This document shows positions 24,715-37,329 of a DNA stretch of 64,000 nucleotides, piece by piece. Made by a program: the position numbers and the translations under genes. The stretch's first letter is position 1, and every line of letters starts with the position of its first letter. The notes beneath the pieces are model-generated. The model made no database searches. It had not been told where the DNA came from and saw only the letters and a list, made by a program, of their open reading frames with translations. Source of the DNA: Octopus sinensis (lineage: Eukaryota); NCBI RefSeq assembly GCF_006345805.1, contig NC_043000.1, positions 78,926,001 through 78,990,000 on the forward strand, written 5' to 3'.

Positions 24715-27700
24715 TATGTGTGTGTGTGCGTATGTGTGTGTATCCATACAAACGTATCTACACGCTCACGGATATGCCCCATACATATGTATATAACTAA
24801 AGTCACATATTCATGCTGACACCCCCATACACGTATACCTATATATGCATATGCACTTAAGTACACACGCTTATGTATACAGTCACTGGGATATGTAACA
24901 CATTGCCTAAATACCAGTCTTGAGAAAGTTAGGCTTCCCGAAACCAGAAAGGAGAAAGCTAATTCGAAGTCTACTGTCCCAATCCATCACTAGAACTTCT
25001 AAAATCTGCAAAAATTTCCAGAAGTTTATCATTTAAATATATATGAGCATGTCTAGATATGCAAATATATGCTTGAGAATATATACATAAGACAAAACAT
25101 ACAAATCTGCAAATATATATATACGTACATACATACATACATACATACATACATACATACATACATACATACATACATACATACATACATGCATACATGC
25201 ATACATACATACATACATACATACATACATACATACATACATTCATACGTACATACATTCCATGAAGGAGCCTTGGATCTAGGTTAGAAACCGGATCTTT
25301 CTCCATTGGCAAGAGTTCTGAGCAATAACATACATATATACATACATACTTACATACATATGAACATGCATACATACATACAAAGAACCTGATGCATTAG
25401 TTACTGCCACTGAGAGGATTACAAAGGACTGGCAAACAATTTTCACACTCATTGACCAACAAAACACTTAAAATTTTATGGATAACCTGAAGAGTTCACA
25501 TGATCTAACAGCACTTGGACATCTTCCTGGTGGGGCCAGAGTATAGAGGTGTCATCAACATATCGAAGCCATAGTGTTGGTTTTAGTAGTGTCGATCCTA
25601 AAGCCAAATTCTCAAAGTATATATTGGCTTTTATCGGTGATAATGGCGGACACATAGCTAAGCCCCTTTCATAATGTTTCTGAACAAACATTACAAAGGA
25701 TTAAAAACAGGTTGGTTAAATTTTTCGAAATATGGGCTTCATTATTATTTTCGATGATAACATCACTAAAGCCAACATTTTAGATATCACCTTAAACTTA
25801 TGTAATTTTTCTTCTTCCTCATATCATAAACCATCAACAAAGTTAAAATACGTTAGCTCCTTCAGTTACCATTGAAGGGCTATAACAAGAAATATTTCAC
25901 TTACACTTTCAAGATTGCTAATGTTGATATCTTCAACGATAAAGCCATATTTTATAGCTTTGCCTTACTTAAAATAATAAATAATGCGCCCTTTTAAGGC
26001 CTAGCCAAGCTCTTGGGCCCGGTTTCCCGGTTTCTATGGCGTATGTGTGACTCAGCTGGACGTGACGCCAGTCCATCTCAGTTTTACTCATTTTTGCCAG
26101 CTGAGTGGACTGGAGCAACCTGAAATGAAGTGTTTTGCTCAAGAACACAACGCGTCTCCCGGTCTAGGAATCGAAATCACAGTCATGATGCTGACACCCT
26201 AACCACTTAGCCACGCGCATCCACATAGTTATATGTAGCTGTAAATAGTTATATGTAGCGAAAAATGAAATGTAAGATGATAGTTACAGTTCGAATTTTA
26301 TAGGTCGTCAGAATTTACTTATAGGAACTAAAGGTATGTTTTGCCAAAGTTTACAACGATAAACGTGTTTACAAGTGTATTCTCCGAAAAAATGACTAGA
26401 AACTGTTCTTCGTTACAGAGCGGGCAGAAAGATTTACTTTGTCATATGGGAAGGATCTAGATAGAATATTTCATTCCAGATCGAATTGTTCGTTATATTC
26501 CTTTAGAGACCAAATTAAAGTCCTATACTCAGTATTGTTGCGTTTATTGATATGTCTAAATGTATATTAAGGGTTATTTATTCTTTTCGACAACTGAGAC
26601 GATTGACTACCTATGTAAAAATAAGACTTCAGAACTGGAAGTAATTTTTCATTCATAAACAGAGATTCTAGTCTTAGAATTACTGCTAAAGAAACGAATA
26701 CGATTCGAATTTCTATCAGAAATATTAATATTACTGTTATTGTTCAAAGTATTGTTCAAAGTATTATCGTTAATAATATCAATGTTATTATTTTCATTAG
26801 GAGGATTTGAGTTTAACAACTTTTGTTATGTGAAGTGATGATTTGTGAAAGGTTTTTTGTGTTTAAAAACCCTATCCTGATTCGGTTTGAATTAATAATG
26901 GAATGGTAGCTTGGATATTTTGGAAAATTGTTATCTATAGGTTTACGAAAATGGTAAGAGCGGTTGGATTTGATCTGATTACTATATGGAATTATCAACC
27001 AAACAGTTTTACTAGGATAGACCTTGTTACTAGGGTAATTATCTTGTGAAGTCCTCGACTTATTTGTATTACGTGTAGTGGGATATAAAGAACAGTTAAC
27101 TAACTTACACTGCAAAATTTCATCTTTCGATTTAGTGTTGACTTCCGAACTAAAATTTATATTGTTATTACCGATATGACGTGTTTTCATGTCCTGATGA
27201 GTAGCGAAAGAATTTATGTCAGTAGCGTTAATATCGGAAATTTTATTCTTTATAGCCTGCTTTAAGTAACGAAGAGCTATGAAGTATGGCTTTATCGTTG
27301 AAGATATCAACATCAGCAGATAATCTAGAACGCCTAATGAAGTGTTTCATAATTATAGTTTTATAATTATACATTTCCCAGCGACTCTACTGATGAACCA
27401 CGGAATAAGTGAATTGATTGACTAATTAATTGTTTTGTTTGATCATTAATTCAGAAACACATAGGTATTGGGGTAACTGAGATTTTTATTCATTTACATA
27501 ACCTGCTCGACTACACGCAACGTACCTTAAATAAGAATCTTTCTTTTCGTGGTTTCGCTTTTGATTGCACTTTTCAGCATATTAGAAGTCGAATTGGTGG
27601 TATTTTCTCCGTGTATAAATTTCTATACTCTATTATATAGAAAAATATACGTCCTCTGACTTTTAATAAGCATTCTGACCAATTGTAAAAATTTTATTTT

Positions 27701-27818
27701 AAAAAATTGTTACCCTTTGTTTATATTTATATACATACACACACACAACACACACACATACACACATATATATACATAAATGTATGTATATATGTATGTA
27801 TATATCTATGTAATATAT

Positions 27819-27862
<44 letters not shown>

Positions 27863-27985
27863 CTATATATATATATATATATAGGATATATATATGATAT
27901 ATAATATATAATATTAATATAACTTCATCAGCGTAGTTTGTTATGAGCATAATATGCTGTTATGAGCATATTATGCTCATAACAA

Positions 27986-28045
27986 CTACGCTGATGAAGT
28001 TACAGATATCCTTGTGATATTAATAGCTGAAACTGCAGTACGTAG
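27986..28045 (+). ncRNA. Type I hammerhead ribozyme (arm B-specific insert)
   Basis: CTACG-CTGATGA-AGTTA-loop-TAGCT-GAAAC-TGCA-GTA^CGTAG. Stem I is a perfect 5 bp, stem III is the palindrome ACTGCAGT, and the core is intact. Confidence 0.87.
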
Positions 28046-28734
28046 GTAATTATTCCATTTAGTATTTTTCTTTTGTCTCATCCATTGCTTTAGGTCGTGC
28101 TGAATTTTATTTTTGTTTGAGAACAAAATCTTTGTGAAATGGCGATTTGACGTCTATATCTAGCATGTTGACTGTCCACCTTTTCGTTTCAGTCCTTAAT
28201 TGGTATATATAAATATTAAATCTTCGGATTCTTTTTAATGTGCTAGACCACTGGTTTTAATTGACTAATATCAATTTCTACCCTTAATTTTTAAATATAT
28301 ATATATATATAAATATATATATATATGTATACACACACATATACATACGTACAATTTTGTGGATAAACAAATTATGGATCCTAAATTAGGTGTGGTCGAA
28401 TACGAGATTTTAATAGATGTTTTATTGAAGATAAGGTAATATTTAAGGTTTGATGGGAAGGTAGATTTTAGGATTTTAAAGAAAATTTTAGGTAGAGATT
28501 TAACTTGGAGGGAGAAAGATTCGGAATAGGATTATTTCATAATGTTAGCTGATGTAGTTCATCAGAATATAAACCAGTACTGGAAAGAAATAAACATTAG
28601 ATAGATCCAACCTGGGTCTTTAAGATAGAGAGATAAAAATCTGTCATTTCAGACCATGACGCTAGGAAATATCAAGGTAGAATTGTTCTGCGTAAATTTG
28701 CTCTGTTAATATATAAACATTAATATATTTGTAC

Positions 28735-29092
28735 TTGGTATAATCGTCGTCTGTTAATATCTATATATTTATACTTGAATATTCATCGTCTGTAAATATA
28801 TGAATATCTATCAATTTATACTTGAATATACATCCTTCATTTAATATATAAATATCTATATATTTATACTTGAATATTGATCGTCTGTTAATATATATAA
28901 AATTATAAATTTATACTTGAATATACATCCTTCATTTAATATATAAATATCTATATATTTATACTTGAATATTGATCGTCTGTTAATATATAAAAATCTA
29001 TAAATTTACTTGAATATACATCCTTCATTTAATATATAAATATCTATATATTTATACTTGAATAATCATCGTCTGTTAATATATAAATATCT
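28735..29092. repeat. Expanded minisatellite (arm B)
   Basis: Three alternating ~95-bp dimers, versus one in arms A and C. Confidence 0.8.
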
Positions 29093-30332
29093 ATCATCCA
29101 CGTTAAAAGTTTCCGGGTATAAGCTGAAATCATTTGAGCGCGACAAAGTGTTTTCTGTAATTAGAATCATTGGATCCCATCTGTTTATTCCATATATAAA
29201 TATATAAACACACACACTCACACACACACATTCAAACACACATTTTCACACACACGCATACACAGGCATTCACGCACACACGCACACACACACATATATA
29301 TACAGAGAGATAGACAGACAGACATACATACAGACGGACAGGCAGATAAGTAAATAGATAGATAGATAGAGAGACAGAGAGAGAGAGCAACAGAGAGGTT
29401 TGGTATGTCTTTCTGACATACGGACAACGTGGTTCTGGGCTCAGCCCCATTACACGGCTGCTTTTGTGACTGACATCTAATATAACTTCAGGCCACCCGT
29501 GAAGCTTGTAAGTGGATTTCGTAGTCGCAAACTAAAAGAAGCTTGTCAAATATGTGTATGCAATTAAGTGTATATATGTGTGAAGTCATGTGTGCGTGGA
29601 TGTGAGTATATTCCTCTGTGTGTGTGTGTGTGTATTTGTGTGTGCGTGTGTGTTTTTGGGTGTTTGTGTATGTGTCTGTGCATGTGTATGTATCTGTGTA
29701 TATGTGTGTGTGTGCGTGCGTGTGTGTGTATATTCTTGAATTATTTTTTGTATCTTGTAACGTATATATATTCGGCATTAGTCTGAGCAAGTTTACTTGT
29801 TATATTCCAAACTACGCAAGGAAGCATAAGTTGAAGTAACAGATCTGAAAATAGTAGACGAGTTTGTTTCCTTGGGCAGCATACTCAGCTTTTATTGATT
29901 CCTAGACAAGGAAATATGAAAAGACTTCAGAAAGCAACTGCTTCCCTCAGGATTTACTTGTCTCATGTCTTGACCCAACAAATATTATTTGTGGCCGCAT
30001 ATGACTTTCCGATGCTGCGCTCATCAGTCATCAACAAATTCGTAAAGAAGACGACTATTGTACGTTCATAATTATACATTGTGTGACATGCAATAGGACG
30101 TTGAAATGTTTGCCAGTCCAGAGGTGGTTTAACTAAACACAATACATTATATCAGAATATGCTTCTGCATACTGATATACCTATAAGCAGCTTTGTTTGT
30201 GCAGTCTCTCGGAACACATGTAGAAGCTTAACAGGCATAAATAGCAACTATGGTCGAATGTAAGATGTATTCCATGATGAGATATGACAACAACCTTGAG
30301 ACATTGAATTGTTCTAACTATAGAAAATATAA

Positions 30333-30508
30333 GGAGTGGCTGTGTTGTAAGCAGCTGCTTTAACAACCACATAGTTCCGGGTTCAGTCCCACTGCGTAGC
30401 ATCTTGGACAAGTGTCTCCTACTATAGCCTCCGGCCAATTGAAACCATGTGAGTGGATTTGGTAGACGGAAACTGAAATAAGCCCGTCATATATATGTAT
30501 ATAATATA

Positions 30509-30574
<66 letters not shown>

Positions 30575-30785
30575 TGTGTCTGTGTTTGTCCACGCAACAT
30601 CGCTTGACAACCGATACTAGTGAGTTTACGGCCCCGTAACTTAGCAGTTCAGCAAAAAAGACCGATAGAATAAGTACTAGGCTTACAAAGAATAAGTCCT
30701 CGGGTGGATTTGCTCGGCTAAAAGGCGGTGCTCCAGCATGGCTACAGTCAAATGACTGAAACAAGTAAAACAGTAAAAGAGTAAT
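30333..30785 (+). mobile_element. tRNA-derived SINE (family 1) with internal microsatellite; arm C counterpart at 56049-56472 (-)
   Basis: Head ggagtggctgtgttgtaagcagc...gggttcagtcccactgcg and tail ggcggtgctccagcatggctacagtcaaatgactgaaacaagtaaaa. Confidence 0.85.
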
Positions 30786-31051
30786 TCTGAAGTAATTTGA
30801 CAAACTTTGTTATTCGTCACTTCCGGGTCAATAAATCAAAAGTAGTTAACAACAAATCATTCAATTATTGAAGTACTGAAATGCTTTTCATCACAGATCT
30901 TCAAATAGATAACTCGAATATCTAAAATGGTATTGAAGTTTACAGTTATAAATGAAACAAAAAGGTTGGCAGATATATGTTTTATTTAAAAACGTTATGT
31001 TTGTAATATTTACAATTCTTAAAAATATCAATATAAATTAACTGTTCTTCA

Positions 31052-31066
31052 TCAGTAACGTCGCCT
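31052..31066 (-). CDS. Copy B terminal micro-exon (RRRY-stop)
   Basis: Reverse complement reads tttattcttttcag|AGGCGACGTTACTGA. Confidence 0.75.
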   Translation of the reverse strand, partial: RRRY

Positions 31067-31717
31067 CTGAAAAGAATAAAATTACAAGAAATCAATATAT
31101 TTATTAGATTGGACATACAAATTAAAAACAATAACATAGACTAAGTATCAAGTTGGATTTATATTTCAAAATGTGTATATTAGATTAGTTGTATATATCA
31201 CATTCTTTTACAACAAAGTATGAATATTTCACCAGGCGCAGAAAAGCTTAACTCACGAACTATATTCTGAAACGTGAGATAATATATAGTAAAATTTACA
31301 ATTCTTTATCGCAATGCTACTTACAATGATGATCCAATGTGAAAGCTAGTCTGTTGATTTCACAAGAGTAGCAATAAAGTTAGTTGAAACATTGAAAGTT
31401 AATAATTTTCATATAGATAATGAAATATATGCAGATATACAAAATCTCGTGTTTACAGTGAAGAGAACATTGGCTTTCTTCAAGATAATGGTAGGGTCAA
31501 TGACATTGAACTACTTCAAATAAAGACAGAAATCGAATCGCTGATACAATTTTGTTTGTACGACAATGTAGTAGAGTGTAGTACAGTGAGAGCATTGCAA
31601 TGTTTATGCTAAACATTATTCAATTCTTTCTTGTTTTCTCTGTTTAAAATGACTAACTATATAAGGATGAGACACGTTATATTAGGGAGATCAAAACTAA
31701 TAGAAAACTTTACTCAC

Positions 31718-33534
31718 CTCTTTATAACAATCGTATTTGGTACACTTGACATTTCCATTTGAACAACGACAAACATTGCATCTATCTTGAGTCATAAATG
31801 TTTTTCCATCTGGGATAGTTTTCCCATAATATTGGCATGTAGTTGGGGGACAGTACATTTTAGTACAGGATACTTGACCAAACTGTCCGCATGTACAGGT
31901 GTTGCAGTCATCTTTAAATGTTTCGCCAGCAGAATAGGTTTTTCCTTTGTGTATACAGGGTTTCGTGCATGTTTTCTGCTCACAAACCACCCTTCCCTCA
32001 GAAGTGCACTGACATTTGTTGCAATCATTATACCATATAGAACCAATGTCGTAATGCTTGCCGTTGTAATTGCAGGTACATAGATTAGTAGTACAGCCTA
32101 CAGTACCATCGGCTTTGCATGTGCACGTGTTACAATCCTTTCTAAATGAATCCCCTATTCCATAGGTGTTTCCATTGTATAAGCAATTACAAGGGTTATT
32201 AGTACAGCTGACTCTACCGTTCACTTCACACGTACATGTATTACAACCTTGTCTAAATGTTTGACCTACATTATAAAGCTGGTTGTTGTAAGTACATTTG
32301 CAAACGTTGGTTGTACATTGAACATATCCAGTTGATAAACATTGGCATTGGTTACAATCTTCTTGAAAGGTCTGACCAATTTTATAAGACCGTCCTTTCC
32401 GTGTACATCGACACGTTTTATATGTGCACTCTACTTGTCCGTTATGCTGACATGTACAAGTGTTACAGTCATCAGTGAATGCCTGTCCGATATTATAAAC
32501 TTTATGATTGTAAGTACAGGTACATGGATTTGTAGTGCAGTCTACGGTACCATCGGCTTGGCATGTGCACGTATTACATCCCTTTCTAAATGTTTGACCT
32601 ATATTATAAAACTGGTTGTTATAACTACATTTGCACATTCTATATGTGCACGCAACTTGACCGTTATGTTGGCATGTACAAGTATTACAGTCATCAGTGA
32701 ATTTCTGTCCCATATTATAAACCCTGTGTTTGTATGTACAGGTACATGGATTTGTAGTGCAGTCTACACTACCATCAATTTTACACGTGCATGTATTGCA
32801 GCCGTTTGGAAATGTTTCTCCAATTCGGTAGGTATTTCCGTTATAAATGCATTTGCATCGCTTGTTAGAACACTGGACTGTACCACTAAACAAACATTGA
32901 CATTCATCACATTCACCAAATCTTTGGCCAATATTATAGGTCCGTCCTTGGTAAGTACATTGACAGACTCTTGTTGTACAATCTACTTGTCCGTTTATAC
33001 AACGGCAAGTGTTGCAAGCGTCAATGAAAGTTTGACCCTCTTGATATTGTGAATTTTTGTAATAACAGCCACATCTATCACTGTTACACTGCACTGTTCC
33101 TGTAGTTTGACAGGTGCAAGTCTTACAACCATCATTGAAACTCACTCCAACGTTGTAGTCTTTACCATTATACTGGCACTGACACACGTTATTAGTACAC
33201 TGAATATAGCCAGAAGAAAGACATTTACATCTATTACATTTGTCTTGGAATTCTTCACCCTCTTGGTATACCTTTCCGTTGTAAGTACATTGTTTAGGGC
33301 AGTCTTTGTTGCTACATTGTACCTGACCACCGTGTTTGCATTCACATGTATTACAGGATTGCTGGAATGTCTCTCCTACTCTGTAACGTCTACCTTGATA
33401 GATACAAGTAGATTCCTGCCCGTAATCACAACGTAAATTTGTACAGACTGCTTTGCCATATTCACCACATACACACGTGTTGCAGTCGATCTTGAATCTT
33501 CCTCCATACTTCCTTCCATTATGTGTACATTCGT
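31718..33534 (-). CDS. Copy B exon 2: 1817 nt, 16 six-Cys VWC-subdomain/pacifastin-like repeats (96 Cys)
   Basis: Acceptor ttttcctttacag|AC (phase 1) and donor GAG|gtgagt. The frame is uninterrupted (track ORF 31697-33577 minus its intronic ends). Confidence 0.93.
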
Positions 33535-33655
33535 CTGTAAAGGAAAACATCAACTGATAATTATTTCCATTAACCACAGAAGAGTTATCTACTGAAAATG
33601 AATATGTATATCCTAAAGTAATTCCTCACATACATACAGACATACAGACCTATAG

Positions 33656-33711
<56 letters not shown>

Positions 33712-33942
33712 ACATACACACACATATATACACATGAATAAATACATACATACAACATATGTATATACATGGACGTAATTGAATATGAAGGTACAGGTAT
33801 ATAAACATATATACATATATATATATGTATATACACGCATTTATACATACATACATATACACAAACACACACACACAGACACACACACAAATATATATAT
33901 ATATATATATACATACACACATGATTAAATACATACATACAT

Positions 33943-33984
<42 letters not shown>

Positions 33985-34006
33985 ATGGATGTACTTGAAT
34001 ATGCAG

Positions 34007-34055
<49 letters not shown>

Positions 34056-34107
34056 TTATACGTACATACATACAGTACATACAAACACACACACACAGAC
34101 ACGTACA

Positions 34108-34202
<95 letters not shown>

Positions 34203-34650
34203 AAGGGAATTTGAAAATGCAGAGGTCTTTAAGCTGTTTATTGACCGGTTTCACTTTCTTTTAAAAAAGCTGATCAAAAGGCTTTGTATAACCTTTGTGG
34301 TGTTAAAATTTAGTTAACATACATGTATTAAAATACAGTGATAGAGTCTTTGACAATGGTAAGAAAATGTTAAGAAATAGAATATTTGACGAAGATAGGA
34401 GCATGTCAAGAGAGGCTTTCTGTTTAAACAGATTAGGTAAAAGTGTTTAAAATAGGCAAAATAGTTCATAAGAATCATAATCATAATCAATATCTATAAA
34501 TCTGAAATGTGAAAAGTCTGTTTGTCTGGTTTTGGCATTGGAACGGGTTAAAGGGCACTAGATCCCGTCGGATTGACTCCAAAATTTACAGGGACATGTA
34601 AAATGAGGTGAGGATTTGAGTGGTTTAGGTTAGAAACCCCTATATAATGC

Positions 34651-34714
<64 letters not shown>

Positions 34715-34844
34715 ATGTGTGCATTATGTGGTCGGTTGTGCTGAACATATGCACACCTATGATAAAAGTGCTGGCGAGTTTGCATGACAACTCTAATGAA
34801 AGGCGTGACCTCTAGGACAAAATTCCTCATCTTATAAAATGTGG

Positions 34845-35830
34845 CCATGGTAAACCCGAATGAAATCGGGTTATATTAACCAAAATGTGAAAAGAGGTCT
34901 AAATGGGGCTTGAAGGGGATTAAAATTTACAGGAGCGGGTGTTTAAGAATTCTCTGTTACATCAAGCTAAAAAATTTGCGCCATCCTTTCAATCGTCAAT
35001 GTGATGCCGTCCATGATGAAGAAGATTTGAATGCTTGCCATGGTGAGTCAACTGTCATGAGAAAGAATCACTTCAAAGTTTGGTGTTTAGGAATTTTCTT
35101 TTACATCAAGTTCAAAATTTTACGCCAGCCGTTAAACTGCCACTACGTTGCTGTCCGTCGTTAAGAAATGCCAGCCATGGCGACTCTACTATCCTCAGAT
35201 TCTATCCCTTCAAACTTTGGTTTCCAATATTTTTTTTTATTCAGCTCGTAAGTTCGTCTGTCCCTTTTAAATGTTAGTGTTTTGCTGTCTGCCTTGAAGC
35301 AGACCGTTCCGTTGTTACTGCCTGATATTTATGATTGATCTTTCAAAATATTTTTCTTTCTCAACTTACTCAAGATCTTTTGTCGTTTATAAATGGGAGA
35401 GAGATAGATAGAGAAAGATAGAGAGTAAGAGAAAGCTAGGGAGAGTCCGAGAGAAAGGAAGAGTAAGAGAGTGGGAAAGTGAGAGAATAAGAAGCGAGAA
35501 ACATAGAGGGAGAATGCGGTGATAAAAACAGAAAGGAAGCAACAGAAAGTAAGAACCTCACTCTTACCCGCGCGTCGAGCGGGTCACCTTTGCGAAAAGT
35601 TTGTTTGTTTTGTTTTGGTTTCTCTCGGACTCTCCCAAGCTTCCTCTTACTCTCTATCTTTCTCTATCTACCTCTCTCGCATGTTTAAACAACAAAAGAT
35701 CTTGAGTAAGCTGAGAAAGAAAAATATTTTGAAAGATCAATCATAAATATCAGGCAGTAACAACCAAACAAAGGAAGCAACAGAAAGTAACAACCACACT
35801 CTTACCCGCACGTAGAGCGGGTCACCTTAA
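34845..35830. mobile_element. Helentron/HINE-like non-autonomous element with internal inverted repeat
   Basis: 5' hairpin aacccgaatgaaatcgggtt and duplicated 3' hairpin acccgc..gcgggt (~35570, ~35805). Inverted arms at 35311-35456 and 35619-35764. Confidence 0.45.
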
Positions 35831-35927
35831 GATAGTTGTTTATTTCATAAGAATCATAACTTTTTATAAGTTCAAAGAAATCGTAGCATATATACAGAAA
35901 GATTTTGTAGACAGTATTTGATAGTAG

Positions 35928-36185
35928 GTGGAAACGCGTGGCTTAGTGGTTAGGGTGTCAGCATCATGATCGTAAGATTGTGGTTTCGATTGCTGGACCG
36001 GGCGACGCGTTGTGTTCTTGAGCAAAACACTTCATTTCACGTTGCGTCCAGTCAACAGAGCTGGCAAAAATGAAGATCGCTGTGATCGACTGGCGTCCCG
36101 TCCAGCTGGGTAACACATACGCCATAGAAACCGGGAAACCGGGTCCATGAGCCTTGCTAGGCTTTAAATGGGCGCATTTATATTA
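35928..36185 (+). mobile_element. tRNA-derived SINE (family 2)
   Basis: Homologous to 11626-11878. Confidence 0.8.
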
Positions 36186-37172
36186 TTTGATAGGAGAAAG
36201 CGTGTATTGCTTTGTCAAATGTTCATTAGAAATGATAATTATTTATAAGGACTTTAGAGGAATGATCACAATATGCCCATTCCCCAGTAAAAACACACAG
36301 ACACACAAAGAAGAAGCACACACATATACACACGCAATACAATTCCAACAATCACAACAAAAAATCACAGGTACACACATACACAAATACACCAGCACGT
36401 AGACGCACACACAGCACAGAAAAATAACACATGTACATAGACACACACATGCACACACACCCGAAAAATACATGAAACACATACACACACACACACACAA
36501 ACGCATACCCAGTATAACTACGCACAGTATGTACACGCATACACAACACACACACGTACACACCATCCTTATAAACGTAGCACACAAGGACACACACGCA
36601 ATTATATTATTATCATTATTATTAATATTATTATTATTATTAAACAGCAAAACGTCAGAAAAATATCAGAAACTATCTGCTACTCATATGTTTCATGTAC
36701 ACGTTCGTCGCATAGTTTACTTTGAGAATTTGAGAATATTAGATTCTCAGTCTAAACCGTCAGACGAGCGAGAACGTGAAACTCTGAATAGCAGGTTTTT
36801 CTGCTGATTTTGCAGCTTTAATAGTACTAAAGCATATTACTCTACCTCCGGTTTGCCAGTGCTATATTTTAAATATTAAATGACTATTCTCTATTAATAT
36901 TTACTTTTCAATATTTAATTTGCTCAATCAGACAATCAATACTTCATTTCATTTCTTTCTTACTATATATTCTATATCCTATATTAATATTAAAAGAATA
37001 TAAATAAACATAGACAGAGTTGGAATTCCTTTGAGTAATCTATTCTTCTATACACAATCATACAAACCCCTTTGTATATATACGTATGAATAAATGGTTG
37101 ATAAATTAAACTAAATAATTAAGAAGGAAAACGTCGCGAAATAGACAATGTACGGCAATATAATTTACTTAC

Positions 37173-37224
37173 AGCTGTTCACACATGAAATAGCTACTAT
37201 TACTAGTAACAATTTGTACAACAT
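37173..37224 (-). CDS. Copy B exon 1: signal peptide MLYKLLLVIVAISCVNS
   Basis: accatcATG context, hydrophobic core, and donor T|GTAAGT in phase 1, matching the phase-1 acceptor at 33534. Homologous to 43118-43169. Confidence 0.8.
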
Positions 37225-37321
37225 GATGGTCAGTTGGTTTCTCTTTCCTCAGCGTCTTGGAGATCGGTGATGGTTGTCTTGTGACACAAGGGCAAGTTTG
37301 AGAAACGTCTTAATAGAGCTC

Positions 37322-37329
37322 TTTATATA
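37322..37329 (-). promoter_or_regulatory. TATA box of copy B
   Basis: TATATAAA ~100 nt upstream of the ATG, inside a ~250-bp block conserved with the copy C promoter. Confidence 0.65.

Larger units (their letters stand above)
24887..33600 (-). repeat. Segmental duplication arm B (inverted)
   Basis: Reverse complement of arm A, with a ~4.6-kb deletion (A 12359-16973) joined at ~25493. Confidence 0.92.

Noticed and set aside
33535-33577. N-terminal MVNGNNYQLMFSFT of track ORF 31697-33577
   Set aside because: It lies in the polypyrimidine tract and acceptor of intron 1, starts at a non-ATG codon and has no signal peptide; the real start is at 37224.
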